A stretch of 44,199 nt of DNA from NCBI GenBank assembly GCA_027320085.1, contig DAHVLZ010000047.1:1-44199 (forward strand). The letters run 5' to 3'. Source of the stretch: Pseudomonadota bacterium. Its GTDB lineage: Bacteria > Pseudomonadota > Gammaproteobacteria > JAKAQQ01. The translations under genes were made by a program, and so were the position numbers. Below are positions 6,907 to 16,851 of this stretch, one piece after another. A model generated the notes under the pieces. The model did no database searches and was not told where the DNA came from. It was given only the letters and a program-made list of their open reading frames with translations. Each line of letters begins with the position of its first letter. Within the stretch, counting starts at the first letter, position 1.

Positions 6907-8209
6907 AGAATGGTCGCGTCGCCGGCGTGCTCTGTTGCGCGAAATGGGCCGCAATGCGATTGCGATCCTGCCTGGTGCCAACGAAAAAATCCGTAACCGG
7001 GATGTAGCCTACCGCTTCCGCCAGGACAGCGATTTTCTCTACCTGACCGGTTTCGAGGAGCCGGGGGCCGTCGCGGTGTTTGTGCCCGGTCGTCCGGAGG
7101 GCGAGTATCTCCTGTTCTGCAATCCGCGGGATCGCGAGCGTGAGACGTGGACGGGCCGACGTGCCGGTCCGGAGGGAGCTGTGGACCAGTATGGGGTAGA
7201 TCAGGGATTTGCGATCACCCACCTGGACGCCGAGATGCCACGACTGCTTGAGGGTGCAGAGCGGATCTTCTATACCATGGGTCAGAATGAGGCCTTCGAC
7301 CACCGGGTGATCGATTGGGTCAACGGGTTGAGGGCTCGGGTTCGTTCAGGGGTGGCTTCCCCCGAAACTTTCATCTCCCTTGAACCCATCGTTCATGAGA
7401 TGCGCCTGTTCAAGTCAAAAGCGGAAATTACCGAGATGCGCAAGGCGGCCCGGGTCAGTGTTGCCGCGCACCGGCGCGTGCTTCGGACACTCGCCCCCGG
7501 GCTCCATGAATATGACGTTGCGGCTGAGGTCCTGCACGAATTCATGCGATCCGGGTGCGAGGAAGCCTATGGCACAATCGCCGGGGGTGGGACCAATGCC
7601 TGTATCCTGCATTACACCCAGAATGCGGAATTGCTCAGGGACGGTGATCTCCTGCTCCTGGACGCCGGCTGTGAGTCCCGGGGTTATGCTGCAGACATCA
7701 CCCGGACCTTCCCGGTGAACGGCCGATTCAGCCCGGAACAGCGTGCGGTCTATGACGTTGTGCTCGCCGCTCAACAGGAAGCGATCGCGACCTGTCGGCG
7801 GGGCCGCCACTGGAATGAACCCTATGAGGCCACGGTCCGGGTCATCACCCAGGGGCTCGTGCGCCTGGGACTGCTCCGGGGTCCAATCCGGGAACTGGTT
7901 CGTGACCGGGCCTATGAAGAGTTTTACATGCACCGGGCCGGCCATTGGCTCGGCCTTGATGTGCATGATGTGGGCAGTTACAAGATCGATGGTCACTGGC
8001 GAGAACTCGAACCGGGCATGGTTTTGACCGTGGAGCCGGGAATTTATCTCCGGCCCGGGAACCGGCGGATCCCCAAGCGCTTCCAGGGTATTGGCATCCG
8101 TATCGAAGATGACGTGCTCATTACCCGGAAGGATCCTGACGTATTGACCCGCCAGCTGGTCAAATCCGCAGATGACATCGAGCATGTGATGCATGTCGGA
8201 CGGACCTGA
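6893..8209 (+). CDS. pepP: Xaa-Pro aminopeptidase
   Basis: YRFRQDSDFLYLTG, DAG, DITRT, HWLGLDVHD, TVEPG and RIEDD metal-ligand motifs. Confidence 0.96.
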   Translation: MNHREEWSRRRRALLREMGRNAIAILPGANEKIRNRDVAYRFRQDSDFLYLTGFEEPGAVAVFVPGRPEGEYLLFCNPRDRERETWTGRRAGPEGAVDQYGVDQGFAITHLDAEMPRLLEGAERIFYTMGQNEAFDHRVIDWVNGLRARVRSGVASPETFISLEPIVHEMRLFKSKAEITEMRKAARVSVAAHRRVLRTLAPGLHEYDVAAEVLHEFMRSGCEEAYGTIAGGGTNACILHYTQNAELLRDGDLLLLDAGCESRGYAADITRTFPVNGRFSPEQRAVYDVVLAAQQEAIATCRRGRHWNEPYEATVRVITQGLVRLGLLRGPIRELVRDRAYEEFYMHRAGHWLGLDVHDVGSYKIDGHWRELEPGMVLTVEPGIYLRPGNRRIPKRFQGIGIRIEDDVLITRKDPDVLTRQLVKSADDIEHVMHVGRT

Positions 8210-9389
8210 TCCTGCCGGATCGGCCGGACTCCTCATTTCAGGAGCCGGAAGCGTGGGGTCGGCGCTGGCCGTGGCGGCCGCCCGCGCGGGTGTGCCCGTC
8301 ACCCTCGTCGAGCAACGGGGAGAAAAAGAGTTTCGAAAGGACCAGCGCCTGTTCGTGCTTTCGGAGCCGTCGTGGCGCTGGCTCGGTGAAATCGGGGTAA
8401 TCGCCCATCTGGCGGCACCGGCCAGTCCCATTCGCGAGATTTATGTTGAAGAGCCGGGACAGCCACCGGTCCTGCTGGACGCGCTCGATGTGAACCTGCC
8501 GGTCCTCGGTTATACCGTCTGGTCTCACCAGCTGGAGGAGGCCTTCCACCGGGCCCTCGAGAGTGAGAGAGCGATTCGGCTGCTATATGGAAGCCGGATC
8601 AAGCGAACAGCCCCCGTGCGGGGGGAGGTACACTGCTGGCTCGATACCCCTCAGGGCCCCCTCCAACTGACCACTCCGCTTGCCGTCATCGCCGAAGGTC
8701 GGCCACCCGAGTGGGCCTTGGGATCCGGTATGCGATCCCGTGAGGAAGATACCGGACGGATGGCCATCGTGATCCCCCTGGTCAACCGGGTGCGACCGCA
8801 ATCCGCCCAAGCGTACGAACAACTTGAGGGGAAAAGCCTCTTGACGATTCTGCCTGCTGCAGCCGACCGGTCAGTCGTTATCTGGACCCGGCCGCGGGAT
8901 GCGGCTCGTGACTTCATGGAGGGTCCACCGGAAAAACGCCGCTTGGAACTCTCGCGCCAGATCCGATGCCGGTCCGAGGATATGACGGAGGAGGCGAAAC
9001 CCGCGGTTTTCGACCTCATCTCGCGTCGGGTGGATCCCCCCTGCGCGGAACGTATGCTCCTGATCGGCAATGCCGCCCATACGGTTGTTCCCTTTGCCGC
9101 TCAGGGGCTGAATCTTGCGCTCCGGGATGCGCGTCGTCTGGTCGAAGCGATCGGCGTCGCCCGAGCCCGGGGGGAGGATTGGGGAGGTGGGGCGTGGACC
9201 GCCCGCTTCTGGGCCACCCGTGTCCGCGATCACCAACACGTCGATCAGCTGACCTTGGGCCTGCCCCGCCTCTTTGAACGGAAGGATCCATTGCTCCGCT
9301 TGATCCGAAGTGGAGGCTGGAGGATGCTCGCCCGATCTCATACCCTCCAGCGGCGCATCCTGGTGCGGGGACTCGGGTGGAATCCCTGA
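8193..9389 (+). CDS. ubiH: Ubiquinone-biosynthesis FAD monooxygenase, UbiH-like
   Basis: GAGSVG Rossmann motif; GNAAH...AQGLNL; directly follows pepP. Confidence 0.8.
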   Translation: MSDGPDPAGSAGLLISGAGSVGSALAVAAARAGVPVTLVEQRGEKEFRKDQRLFVLSEPSWRWLGEIGVIAHLAAPASPIREIYVEEPGQPPVLLDALDVNLPVLGYTVWSHQLEEAFHRALESERAIRLLYGSRIKRTAPVRGEVHCWLDTPQGPLQLTTPLAVIAEGRPPEWALGSGMRSREEDTGRMAIVIPLVNRVRPQSAQAYEQLEGKSLLTILPAAADRSVVIWTRPRDAARDFMEGPPEKRRLELSRQIRCRSEDMTEEAKPAVFDLISRRVDPPCAERMLLIGNAAHTVVPFAAQGLNLALRDARRLVEAIGVARARGEDWGGGAWTARFWATRVRDHQHVDQLTLGLPRLFERKDPLLRLIRSGGWRMLARSHTLQRRILVRGLGWNP

Positions 9390-10603
9390 AGGCCGACAAG
9401 ATTCGGGAGACGGCGACAGGTCCGATCGCGATCGTGGGAGACGGGCCGGTGGGTCTCCTGACTGCCTGCCTCTTGGCGCGCCACCACCCCGTCTGCCGGA
9501 TCGGGCAGAGCAAGGGGAGTGCTCGACCGGGAACAGATCCGCGCCTCTACGCGCTTTCGGCCACCAGTCTCAACCTTTTGGAACGTTTGGGAATCTATAG
9601 CGAATTGGGCCCCGTGCGGTGTCGGGTATTTTCAGCGTTGGAAATCTGGATTCACCGCCACCGGAGCCGCCTCCGCTTCTCGGCTGAGGATATCGGCGGT
9701 GGACTTCTCGGTGCCACCGTCTGGGCACGGGATCTGCTGCCGGCTCTCGAAAGCGTAGCCCAGGCCTCCGGCATCACCCGCTTGGAGGGCCATCCCGATC
9801 AGATCGAGCGGACAGGGGACGGCTGGCGGTTGACGGGGAGTGGGAAGGATGGGGAGATGCCCCTGTTGGTCGTGGCTGAGGGAGGGGATTCCCGTCTGCG
9901 CGAGCGCGAGGGGGTTCTGCTCGATATCCACGACTATGGCGAAAGTGCCGTGACGGGGTGGTGTGTGCCCGAGCGAGAAGGCGGTGATGTCTTGCGCCAA
10001 GTTTTTACCCCTTGGGGACCTCTGGGTCTTTTACCGGCACCCGGGGGGGGACTGTCATTTGTCTGGTCGATGCCCAATCCGGTCGTACATCGCTGGCTGG
10101 TGCGGAAGCCCGAGGATTGGGCTCAGCTGATCGAGGAAGCCACCGAAGGCTTCTACGGGCGGATCCAGCTGTCAGCGGCCCCGCACGCTTTTCCACTCCG
10201 GCGGCAGGTCGCACGGCGTTATGTCGCAGAGCGTTTCGCCTTGGTGGGGGATGCAGCCCATGTGATTCATCCGTTCGCCGGACAGGGGCTCAATCTCGGT
10301 TTCCTGGATGCGGGTGTGCTGGTGGGCCGGCTGGCCCGTGCCGTGTGCCATTCCGGTCCGGTGCCGTGGGATGTTGCTCTCGAGGGCTATGATCGAAACC
10401 GGCGTGGTGCGAATCTCCGGTTTCTCGCCGGTCTCGAAGCCCTCCGGCTGTTTTTCAGGGGCCATGATCCGTTGGGTTGGCGGGACCAGGCCCTCGCGGT
10501 TCTGGCTCGATGCCGCCTCCTGAGGCGCCCTTGGATCGCCATGGCCGCAGGTCACGGCAGTCGGCGCCTTCTCCGTGACAGGAACCCCATCCGGGTGGCA
10601 TGA
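9377..10603 (+). CDS. ubiI: Ubiquinone-biosynthesis FAD monooxygenase, UbiI/VisC-like
   Basis: GDGPVG; GDAAHVIHPFAGQGLNLG; follows ubiH. The gene symbol rests on synteny. Confidence 0.75.
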   Translation: MESLKADKIRETATGPIAIVGDGPVGLLTACLLARHHPVCRIGQSKGSARPGTDPRLYALSATSLNLLERLGIYSELGPVRCRVFSALEIWIHRHRSRLRFSAEDIGGGLLGATVWARDLLPALESVAQASGITRLEGHPDQIERTGDGWRLTGSGKDGEMPLLVVAEGGDSRLREREGVLLDIHDYGESAVTGWCVPEREGGDVLRQVFTPWGPLGLLPAPGGGLSFVWSMPNPVVHRWLVRKPEDWAQLIEEATEGFYGRIQLSAAPHAFPLRRQVARRYVAERFALVGDAAHVIHPFAGQGLNLGFLDAGVLVGRLARAVCHSGPVPWDVALEGYDRNRRGANLRFLAGLEALRLFFRGHDPLGWRDQALAVLARCRLLRRPWIAMAAGHGSRRLLRDRNPIRVA

Positions 10604-13293
10604 GGTCATCAGGAGATAGATCGGCAACGCCCTTTCCCCGCCCGATCCGGGAGGGGGGCTGGCTTGTGCCCACCGATCGCTTGCGCCGTGTGCTTTTGGC
10701 GTGTGAACTGGAAGAGCAGGAAGTGGCCGGACACACGTTGGCCATGATGCCCCTGATCGAGCAGCCGGCCGAATGGGCCCGCCGGCACTGGGAGATGATC
10801 GATACCGAGATCCGTCTTCTGCCCCCCGCTGCCGACCGCTTGTTGTGGTTGGATGTGATCCGGAGCGTGGATGCGGATGTGCAGCATCCCCTGGGACTGG
10901 CTCGTCTGGCGCAGGAAGCCTTTGCGCTCGAATCAGAATGGCAGATCAATGCACAGCAGATGGAGGAGGGGGGGGGTCAGGAAAACGAGCGTTACCGCGT
11001 GCTCCGTGCCCGGTTTCTCGAACGTCTCCGGGACGGCGCCTTCGAATCCCCGGGCCGCCTGCTCGCAAGGATCGTCGGGTCTCTTGAGGATGGCTTGCTC
11101 GAAGAACCTGAGGAATCTCTTACCTTCTTCGGCTTTGATGAGCTGACTCCGCTCGAGTCACGGCTGGCCCGCGCGGCCCGTAAGCGTGGCTGCCGATGTC
11201 TCATCCAGAATGAGACTGATGGACGACCACCCGCCCGGTTGTCCGTCCAGGCCTACCCGGGTCGGACTGATGAGCTCTATGCCGTGGCCACGGCAGCCCG
11301 GGCCAGCCTGCAGGAGAATCCGGCGTGCCGGATCGGGATCGTCCTGTTGGGTGGGGATCGTTACCGGACGCAGTTCCGGGCGATCTTGGATGATGTGCTG
11401 TCCCCCCTTCGCCTCGCATCCTGTGGGGATCCCGCCCACCGTCCCTACAGCCTGAGTCTGGGCGATCCCCTTTCCGACTACCCGCTGGTGGAAACCGCGC
11501 TCGATATCCTGGATTGTGCTGACCGGAACCGTTCAGGGGAGGGATTGGGCCGTCTTCTGCGAAGCTCCTACTGGGGAGGGATCGCACAGGATGGTCAAAA
11601 ACGCTTTGCTGCGGATTGCGCTTGGCGGAACCTGGGCCGGGGTGTCGGGAACGGTTGGGATACCCTGACCGCGCTTGCCGACTGTCCTTTGGATTTCCAG
11701 GATCGGGGTCGTGCCATGATGCGTCGGTTGGAATCCTTCGGGCCGGTTCAGAAGCGGTCATTTTCCGAATGGGTCGGCCTCTGGATGGGATTGCTTGTCG
11801 ATATCGGGTGGCCAGGGGCTCGGACGCTCGATTCGACGGAGTATCAGGCCTATACAGCCTGGTCTGAGACGATCCAGTCCTTCTCTGCGCTGGACACGAT
11901 CGGTTACCGCTGCTCGCTGGATGAATTCCGGAATTGGGTGGGAGAGAGTCTCCGGGAGAGAATTTTCCAGCCCGAGTCCCCATCGGTCCCGATCTCGGTC
12001 ATGGGTCCGCTCGAAACTGCCGGACTGACTTTCGACCGGCTTTGGGTCCTCGGTGCCGAAGCCGAGGTCTGGCCGTCCCCCCCCCATCCCCACCCGTTTT
12101 TGCCTTTTGCGTTGCAAAGGCAGCTCGGTCTGCCTCATGCAGGGAGCGTGCGTGAGTTCGGTTTCGGGGAACGGCTGGTTGAACGATGGAAACGGGCAAC
12201 GGCCGAACTCCATGTGAGCTGGGCCACGCATGAAGAGGACAAGGAACATGATCTGTCACCCTACTTCAGCCAGGAAGGCGGCTCCCCTCCGAACGCCTTC
12301 CGTGGACGCGGGTTCAGAGCCCGGTGGCGGGGGTGTGCCTGGCCGCTCGAGGCAGTTCCCTTTACGGATCCTGTGCCCTGGAGCCGACCGGTGGCCCGCG
12401 GTGGTACGCGCCTTCTCGAGGATCAGGCGGCCTGTCCGTTCAAGGCGTTTGCCGCCCATCGCCTGGGGGCGGAGGTGCTGCCGCCATGGCGTTTGCCGCT
12501 CGACCCCCGGGAACGCGGGCGGCTCCTCCACGCGATGCTGGAGCATATCGGATCACTGGGACTGGGCCCCGCCCATCCGCCTGGCCGACGGGAGTGGGCA
12601 AAACTGGTTGAGCAGGCCGTGGATCTCGTCCTTGAGACTGAAACCCGGGGCGGCCGACTGGTTCGGGCCTTGTGTGAGGCCCTGAGAGAGGATTTCATCC
12701 AACGCCTGAGGTCCTGGTTTGAAAACGTGGAGGGAATACGCATCACCCCTTTCCACTCCGAACCGGAAAGGGAGTCCCAGGTGACTCTGGCCGGGGTCAC
12801 GTTTCGGATCCGGGCAGATCGCATCGACCGGTTCCCGGACGGCGCAGCAGCCATCGTGGACTACAAGACCGGCAGACCCCCGGACCCTCGTGACTGGTTG
12901 AACCCCGAGCGTCCGTTCAAACCGCAACTGCCGGTCTATGCCTTAGCCTGGCCCGAAGCGCGCGCTCTTTTGGTGGCCAGTCTTGGAAAATCCCCGGGCT
13001 ATCACGGACTCCAGGACAGCGCCTGGACGGGTCTTTCCGAACTCAAACTGATCGGACTCCCCGATTGGGAGGCACAACGGCAGGCCTGGAAGGTTGGTCT
13101 GGATGCACTGGTCCGGGAGATCTGTGCCGGCCGCAACGATCTCGATCCGCGTGGACGGGGGGGGTTGCCTTGCCGGTGGTGTGATTTTCCGGCCTTGTGC
13201 CGTCTTCATGAACGCCCCGAGGTTGAGAACTGCCGGAATGAGGAAGAGTCGGGAGAGTCGAGTCTTCCCGGGGACGCTGATGAGCCGGCGTAA
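10600..13293 (+). CDS. AddB-like DNA repair protein (degenerate helicase scaffold plus PD-(D/E)XK nuclease with Fe-S staple)
   Basis: ACPF, RADRID...IVDYK and C-terminal CRWCDFPALC; paired with a UvrD helicase-nuclease. Confidence 0.85.
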   Translation: MRSSGDRSATPFPRPIREGGWLVPTDRLRRVLLACELEEQEVAGHTLAMMPLIEQPAEWARRHWEMIDTEIRLLPPAADRLLWLDVIRSVDADVQHPLGLARLAQEAFALESEWQINAQQMEEGGGQENERYRVLRARFLERLRDGAFESPGRLLARIVGSLEDGLLEEPEESLTFFGFDELTPLESRLARAARKRGCRCLIQNETDGRPPARLSVQAYPGRTDELYAVATAARASLQENPACRIGIVLLGGDRYRTQFRAILDDVLSPLRLASCGDPAHRPYSLSLGDPLSDYPLVETALDILDCADRNRSGEGLGRLLRSSYWGGIAQDGQKRFAADCAWRNLGRGVGNGWDTLTALADCPLDFQDRGRAMMRRLESFGPVQKRSFSEWVGLWMGLLVDIGWPGARTLDSTEYQAYTAWSETIQSFSALDTIGYRCSLDEFRNWVGESLRERIFQPESPSVPISVMGPLETAGLTFDRLWVLGAEAEVWPSPPHPHPFLPFALQRQLGLPHAGSVREFGFGERLVERWKRATAELHVSWATHEEDKEHDLSPYFSQEGGSPPNAFRGRGFRARWRGCAWPLEAVPFTDPVPWSRPVARGGTRLLEDQAACPFKAFAAHRLGAEVLPPWRLPLDPRERGRLLHAMLEHIGSLGLGPAHPPGRREWAKLVEQAVDLVLETETRGGRLVRALCEALREDFIQRLRSWFENVEGIRITPFHSEPERESQVTLAGVTFRIRADRIDRFPDGAAAIVDYKTGRPPDPRDWLNPERPFKPQLPVYALAWPEARALLVASLGKSPGYHGLQDSAWTGLSELKLIGLPDWEAQRQAWKVGLDALVREICAGRNDLDPRGRGGLPCRWCDFPALCRLHERPEVENCRNEEESGESSLPGDADEPA

Positions 13294-13415
13294 GCCCGGA
13301 GAAACCGCGCGTTTGGCATGCCCAAACCGGTGGGGGTCTCGGTCTGGTTTCGATGTCCAGGGCGGGGCCTCCCAACCGACCGGTTATGAATTGCGGGGTA
13401 CGAGAAAAGAACGGC

Positions 13416-16400
13416 ATGGGTCGGATCCGGGCTGAAAAAACAAAAGACGAGCAGTCTGTCCGGGAGCGTGCCCTGGACCCGGTGGGCTCGTTTCTCGTCC
13501 AGGCCCCGGCCGGATCGGGAAAAACCACCTTGTTGGTGACTCGTTTTTTGACCTTGCTGTCCCGGGTCAAGGAGCCTGAGGAAGTTCTTGCCCTCACGTT
13601 CACCCGGAAAGCGCAGGCGGAAATGACCCATCGGGTCTGGCAGGCCCTCTCCGCCAGGGATCTGCCCAGTTCTCTGGCCGGGCCCGTCGAACTCGTCCGG
13701 CAGCGGAGCCAGTTACTCGGCTGGAACCTCGAACGCATGCCGCAACGGCTCCGCATCATGACTATCGACGGCTTTGCCCTCGGGCTGATCCAGAAAATGC
13801 CTTGGTCGGCTGGCCGGGGGCGGATCCCCCGGGTGACCGAGGGGGCGGAAAACCTGTATCTCGAGGCGGCACGGCGGGTCATCGAGGAGTTGCCGGCAGA
13901 ACCTGATTATCGGGAGGCAATCGGTACCTGGCTGGTTGAGGTCGGGGGGGATCCCGAAACCCTGGTCCGCTCCCTGGCGCGCATGCTGGCAGTGCGCGAA
14001 CAATGGCAGGGGCTCCTTTATGCGGCCGGCCGGGAACCCGGGCTTGGGGAAGGAAGCGAGCGGGCCGGACTTCATCTTTTTCGAGATACCTACCTCCGTT
14101 GCTACCACGAAGCAACACCCGAACGCTTCAAGCGCTGGCTCGATCTCGCCAGGGATGCCCGGATCTGGCGGCAACGGCTGGATCCCCACGTCGATGACCC
14201 GCCGGAGGGAGGGGAGGGAAAGGTGGCCGACGGTGCGGATCCCTGGACCATGGACCGGCTCCGTGAAGTGGAGTACCTCGTCGATTTGTTTTTCACCCGT
14301 GAGAAGACCGTGCGGCGTCCACGCGGAATCCATAGCCTGCTCGGAGCAAAGAAGGGAACGCCCCCCGAGCTTCAGAATGAGCGCGAGTCACTGTCCCGGG
14401 CGATTGTTGACGAACTCGAGTTGCTCGAGTCCGATCCCGGAGGGATTGAGATCCTGCGAAAGCTGGAGCGGTTGCCCCATACCCTGACTCTGGATTCGAT
14501 CCTGCTCGAACGGGTGCTCGTGGTTTTGGCGCGGGCGCTCTACCAGCTTCAGCAGGTTTTCCGGGAGACGGGGACGGTCGACTTTGCCGAGATCACCGGA
14601 ATGGCGCTTGAGGCCCTGGGCGAGGAGGATCCGACGGATCTGGCTCTGGCACTCGATTACCGGATCCAGCATCTTCTGGTGGACGAGTTCCAGGATACCA
14701 GCATTGCCCACTACACCCTGCTGAGACAGCTCATGAGGGGCTGGCAACCGGGTGATGGCCATACCTTTTTTGCCGTGGGTGATCCCCTCCAGTCGATTTA
14801 CCGCTTTCGCCAGGCCGAGGTGGGGGTTTTTCTGAACTGTCAGGAACGGGGACTACCGGGTTTCCCGCTTGAAACGCTCGTCCTGCATGACAACTACCGG
14901 AGCCATCCGGCCCTCGTGGAGTGGTTCAACCATCAGTTCAGAAATCTGTTTCGAGCGACCGACGACCCGGAATCCGGAGCGGTTCGCTACAACCCGGTTC
15001 GGGCCCGGCGGGCCGGAGGGCCGGGAGAGCCTCGTGCCGAGGTCCATCTGGTGGCTGGGAATGCCCCGGATGACCGGGCCCGGATGGTCGTTGAACTCAT
15101 CCGCATGGAACGGAACCGGGATGCCGCGGCACGTATCGCCGTGCTCGTTGACACACATGGTGAAGCAGAGCCGATTGCCCGCCTCCTCAGAACCGAAAAT
15201 CTCCCCTTCCGGGCCCTGGATCTCGAGCCGCTCGGTGAATTTGGGGTGGTTCAGGATCTCCTCATGCTGTCACTGGCGTTGTTGCATCCAGGTGACCGCC
15301 GGGCCTGGCTGGCCGTTCTGCGAGCGCCTTGGATCGGTTTGTCGCTCGCTGACCTCGTGGCCCTTGAGGAAGTGCCCCTGGTCCCGACGGGAGCACTTGC
15401 GCCCTGGCCACCTGCCAACTTGTCCGCCGATGGGCTGGTGCGGCTCGATCGGGCCTGGCCGGTCCTTACGGTGGCTTTTGATCGGCTGTCCCGGACCCAC
15501 CGCCTGAGGGAAGTGATCGAGGCCGCCTGGCTCGAGCTTGGGGGACCTGCGCTCTATGGGCACGATTTCGAACTGGCTTTGGCCGAACGCTTCCTCGACG
15601 TGCTGGACGAGCATCCGGCTGGGGAGTGGCGAGCCGATCCGCTCCGCCTCCCCGAGTCAGTAGCCGGACTCCGGGCGCCCCATGAGGTGGAAACCGAGGA
15701 TCCGCGTCTTGAGCTGCTCACCATTCATCGAGCGAAGGGTCTTGAGTGGGATGTGGTCATCCTGGGTGGACTGAATCATGTGCCCCCACGGCAGGATTCG
15801 CGCCTGCTGGCCTGGCTGGAACGGATCGGGCCCGGCGGACCCGAGGTCATCATGGCGACAGCGGATGCGGCGAGCCTCCAGCCGGGGCACCGGGGATGGT
15901 ATCAGTACCTCAAGGCAATCGATCAAGAGAAAGACCAGGCGGAGCGGGTCCGCCTGGCCTATGTGGCGGCCACACGGGCGCGTGAGCGGCTTCATCTCGT
16001 GGCGCTGGCTGGAACCGGTGAGACCCCGAAACCCGGCAAGGGCTCTCTGGCGGAGGTTTTTGAGTCCGCTTTTTCCGCAGCGGAACCCGTTGAGGTCCCG
16101 GCTCCAGGATCCGATCCGGAAGCGCAGACGGTCGCGGTCCGACTCCGGCGGGGAGGGGATTTCCCAGGCCTCGAATGGCCCGACGAGAGAGGGGCCGGCC
16201 GGGTGGGCGGGGGCACGCAGATCCTGGGCCCTGCCCGACCGGCTTACGATTGGGCCGAGACCGAGGCACGGGTTCTCGGACTCGTTCTGCATGAGATTTG
16301 CGCGCGGATCAGCCGGCTCGGCTGGGAGCGCAGCCGTCCTTGGTACGACCCGGATTCCGGTTCACGGAAGCGGTGGGAACGCCTGCTCGTCGAAGGCGGG

Positions 16401-16796
16401 CTCGCACCTCAACGGGCCCAACATCGGGCACGGGACCTCGGTCTGATCGTGGAACGGGTCGTCCGTGATCCCGAGGCCCGTTGGATTCTGGGCCCCCATC
16501 CCTGGGCTGCCTGCGAGCTGGCCCTGCAGGGCATGGCCGGTGCGGAGCGCGTACGGATCCGGGTGGATCGGCTGTTCCGTGAACCGGATGGTACATTCTG
16601 GATTATCGATTACAAGCTGGGACGCCATGCAGGTGGGGACCTTGAGACCTTTCTCCGTTCGGAAGAGGTCCGCCACCGGCCCCAGCTCGAGCGATATGCC
16701 CGCCTTCTAGGCCAAGCGGAATCAGGTCCCCTGAAACTGGGTCTTTACTTCCTCGAACCGGCCCGTTTTTGTCCCTTGGCGGCTTCCACCGGTTGA
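13416..16796 (+). CDS. AddA/RecB-like UvrD helicase with a C-terminal nuclease (start could be 13353, 13386 or 13416)
   Basis: APAGSGKTT, TFTRKA, DEFQD, VGDPLQSIYRFR, TIHRAKGLE, YVAATRA and RVDRL...IIDYK motifs. Confidence 0.92.
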   Translation: MGRIRAEKTKDEQSVRERALDPVGSFLVQAPAGSGKTTLLVTRFLTLLSRVKEPEEVLALTFTRKAQAEMTHRVWQALSARDLPSSLAGPVELVRQRSQLLGWNLERMPQRLRIMTIDGFALGLIQKMPWSAGRGRIPRVTEGAENLYLEAARRVIEELPAEPDYREAIGTWLVEVGGDPETLVRSLARMLAVREQWQGLLYAAGREPGLGEGSERAGLHLFRDTYLRCYHEATPERFKRWLDLARDARIWRQRLDPHVDDPPEGGEGKVADGADPWTMDRLREVEYLVDLFFTREKTVRRPRGIHSLLGAKKGTPPELQNERESLSRAIVDELELLESDPGGIEILRKLERLPHTLTLDSILLERVLVVLARALYQLQQVFRETGTVDFAEITGMALEALGEEDPTDLALALDYRIQHLLVDEFQDTSIAHYTLLRQLMRGWQPGDGHTFFAVGDPLQSIYRFRQAEVGVFLNCQERGLPGFPLETLVLHDNYRSHPALVEWFNHQFRNLFRATDDPESGAVRYNPVRARRAGGPGEPRAEVHLVAGNAPDDRARMVVELIRMERNRDAAARIAVLVDTHGEAEPIARLLRTENLPFRALDLEPLGEFGVVQDLLMLSLALLHPGDRRAWLAVLRAPWIGLSLADLVALEEVPLVPTGALAPWPPANLSADGLVRLDRAWPVLTVAFDRLSRTHRLREVIEAAWLELGGPALYGHDFELALAERFLDVLDEHPAGEWRADPLRLPESVAGLRAPHEVETEDPRLELLTIHRAKGLEWDVVILGGLNHVPPRQDSRLLAWLERIGPGGPEVIMATADAASLQPGHRGWYQYLKAIDQEKDQAERVRLAYVAATRARERLHLVALAGTGETPKPGKGSLAEVFESAFSAAEPVEVPAPGSDPEAQTVAVRLRRGGDFPGLEWPDERGAGRVGGGTQILGPARPAYDWAETEARVLGLVLHEICARISRLGWERSRPWYDPDSGSRKRWERLLVEGGLAPQRAQHRARDLGLIVERVVRDPEARWILGPHPWAACELALQGMAGAERVRIRVDRLFREPDGTFWIIDYKLGRHAGGDLETFLRSEEVRHRPQLERYARLLGQAESGPLKLGLYFLEPARFCPLAASTG

Positions 16797-16851
16797 GTCA
16801 ATCCGCTACACTCCTGCCCGTTTCCAGCGATGACGCTCACTGGCTGAACTC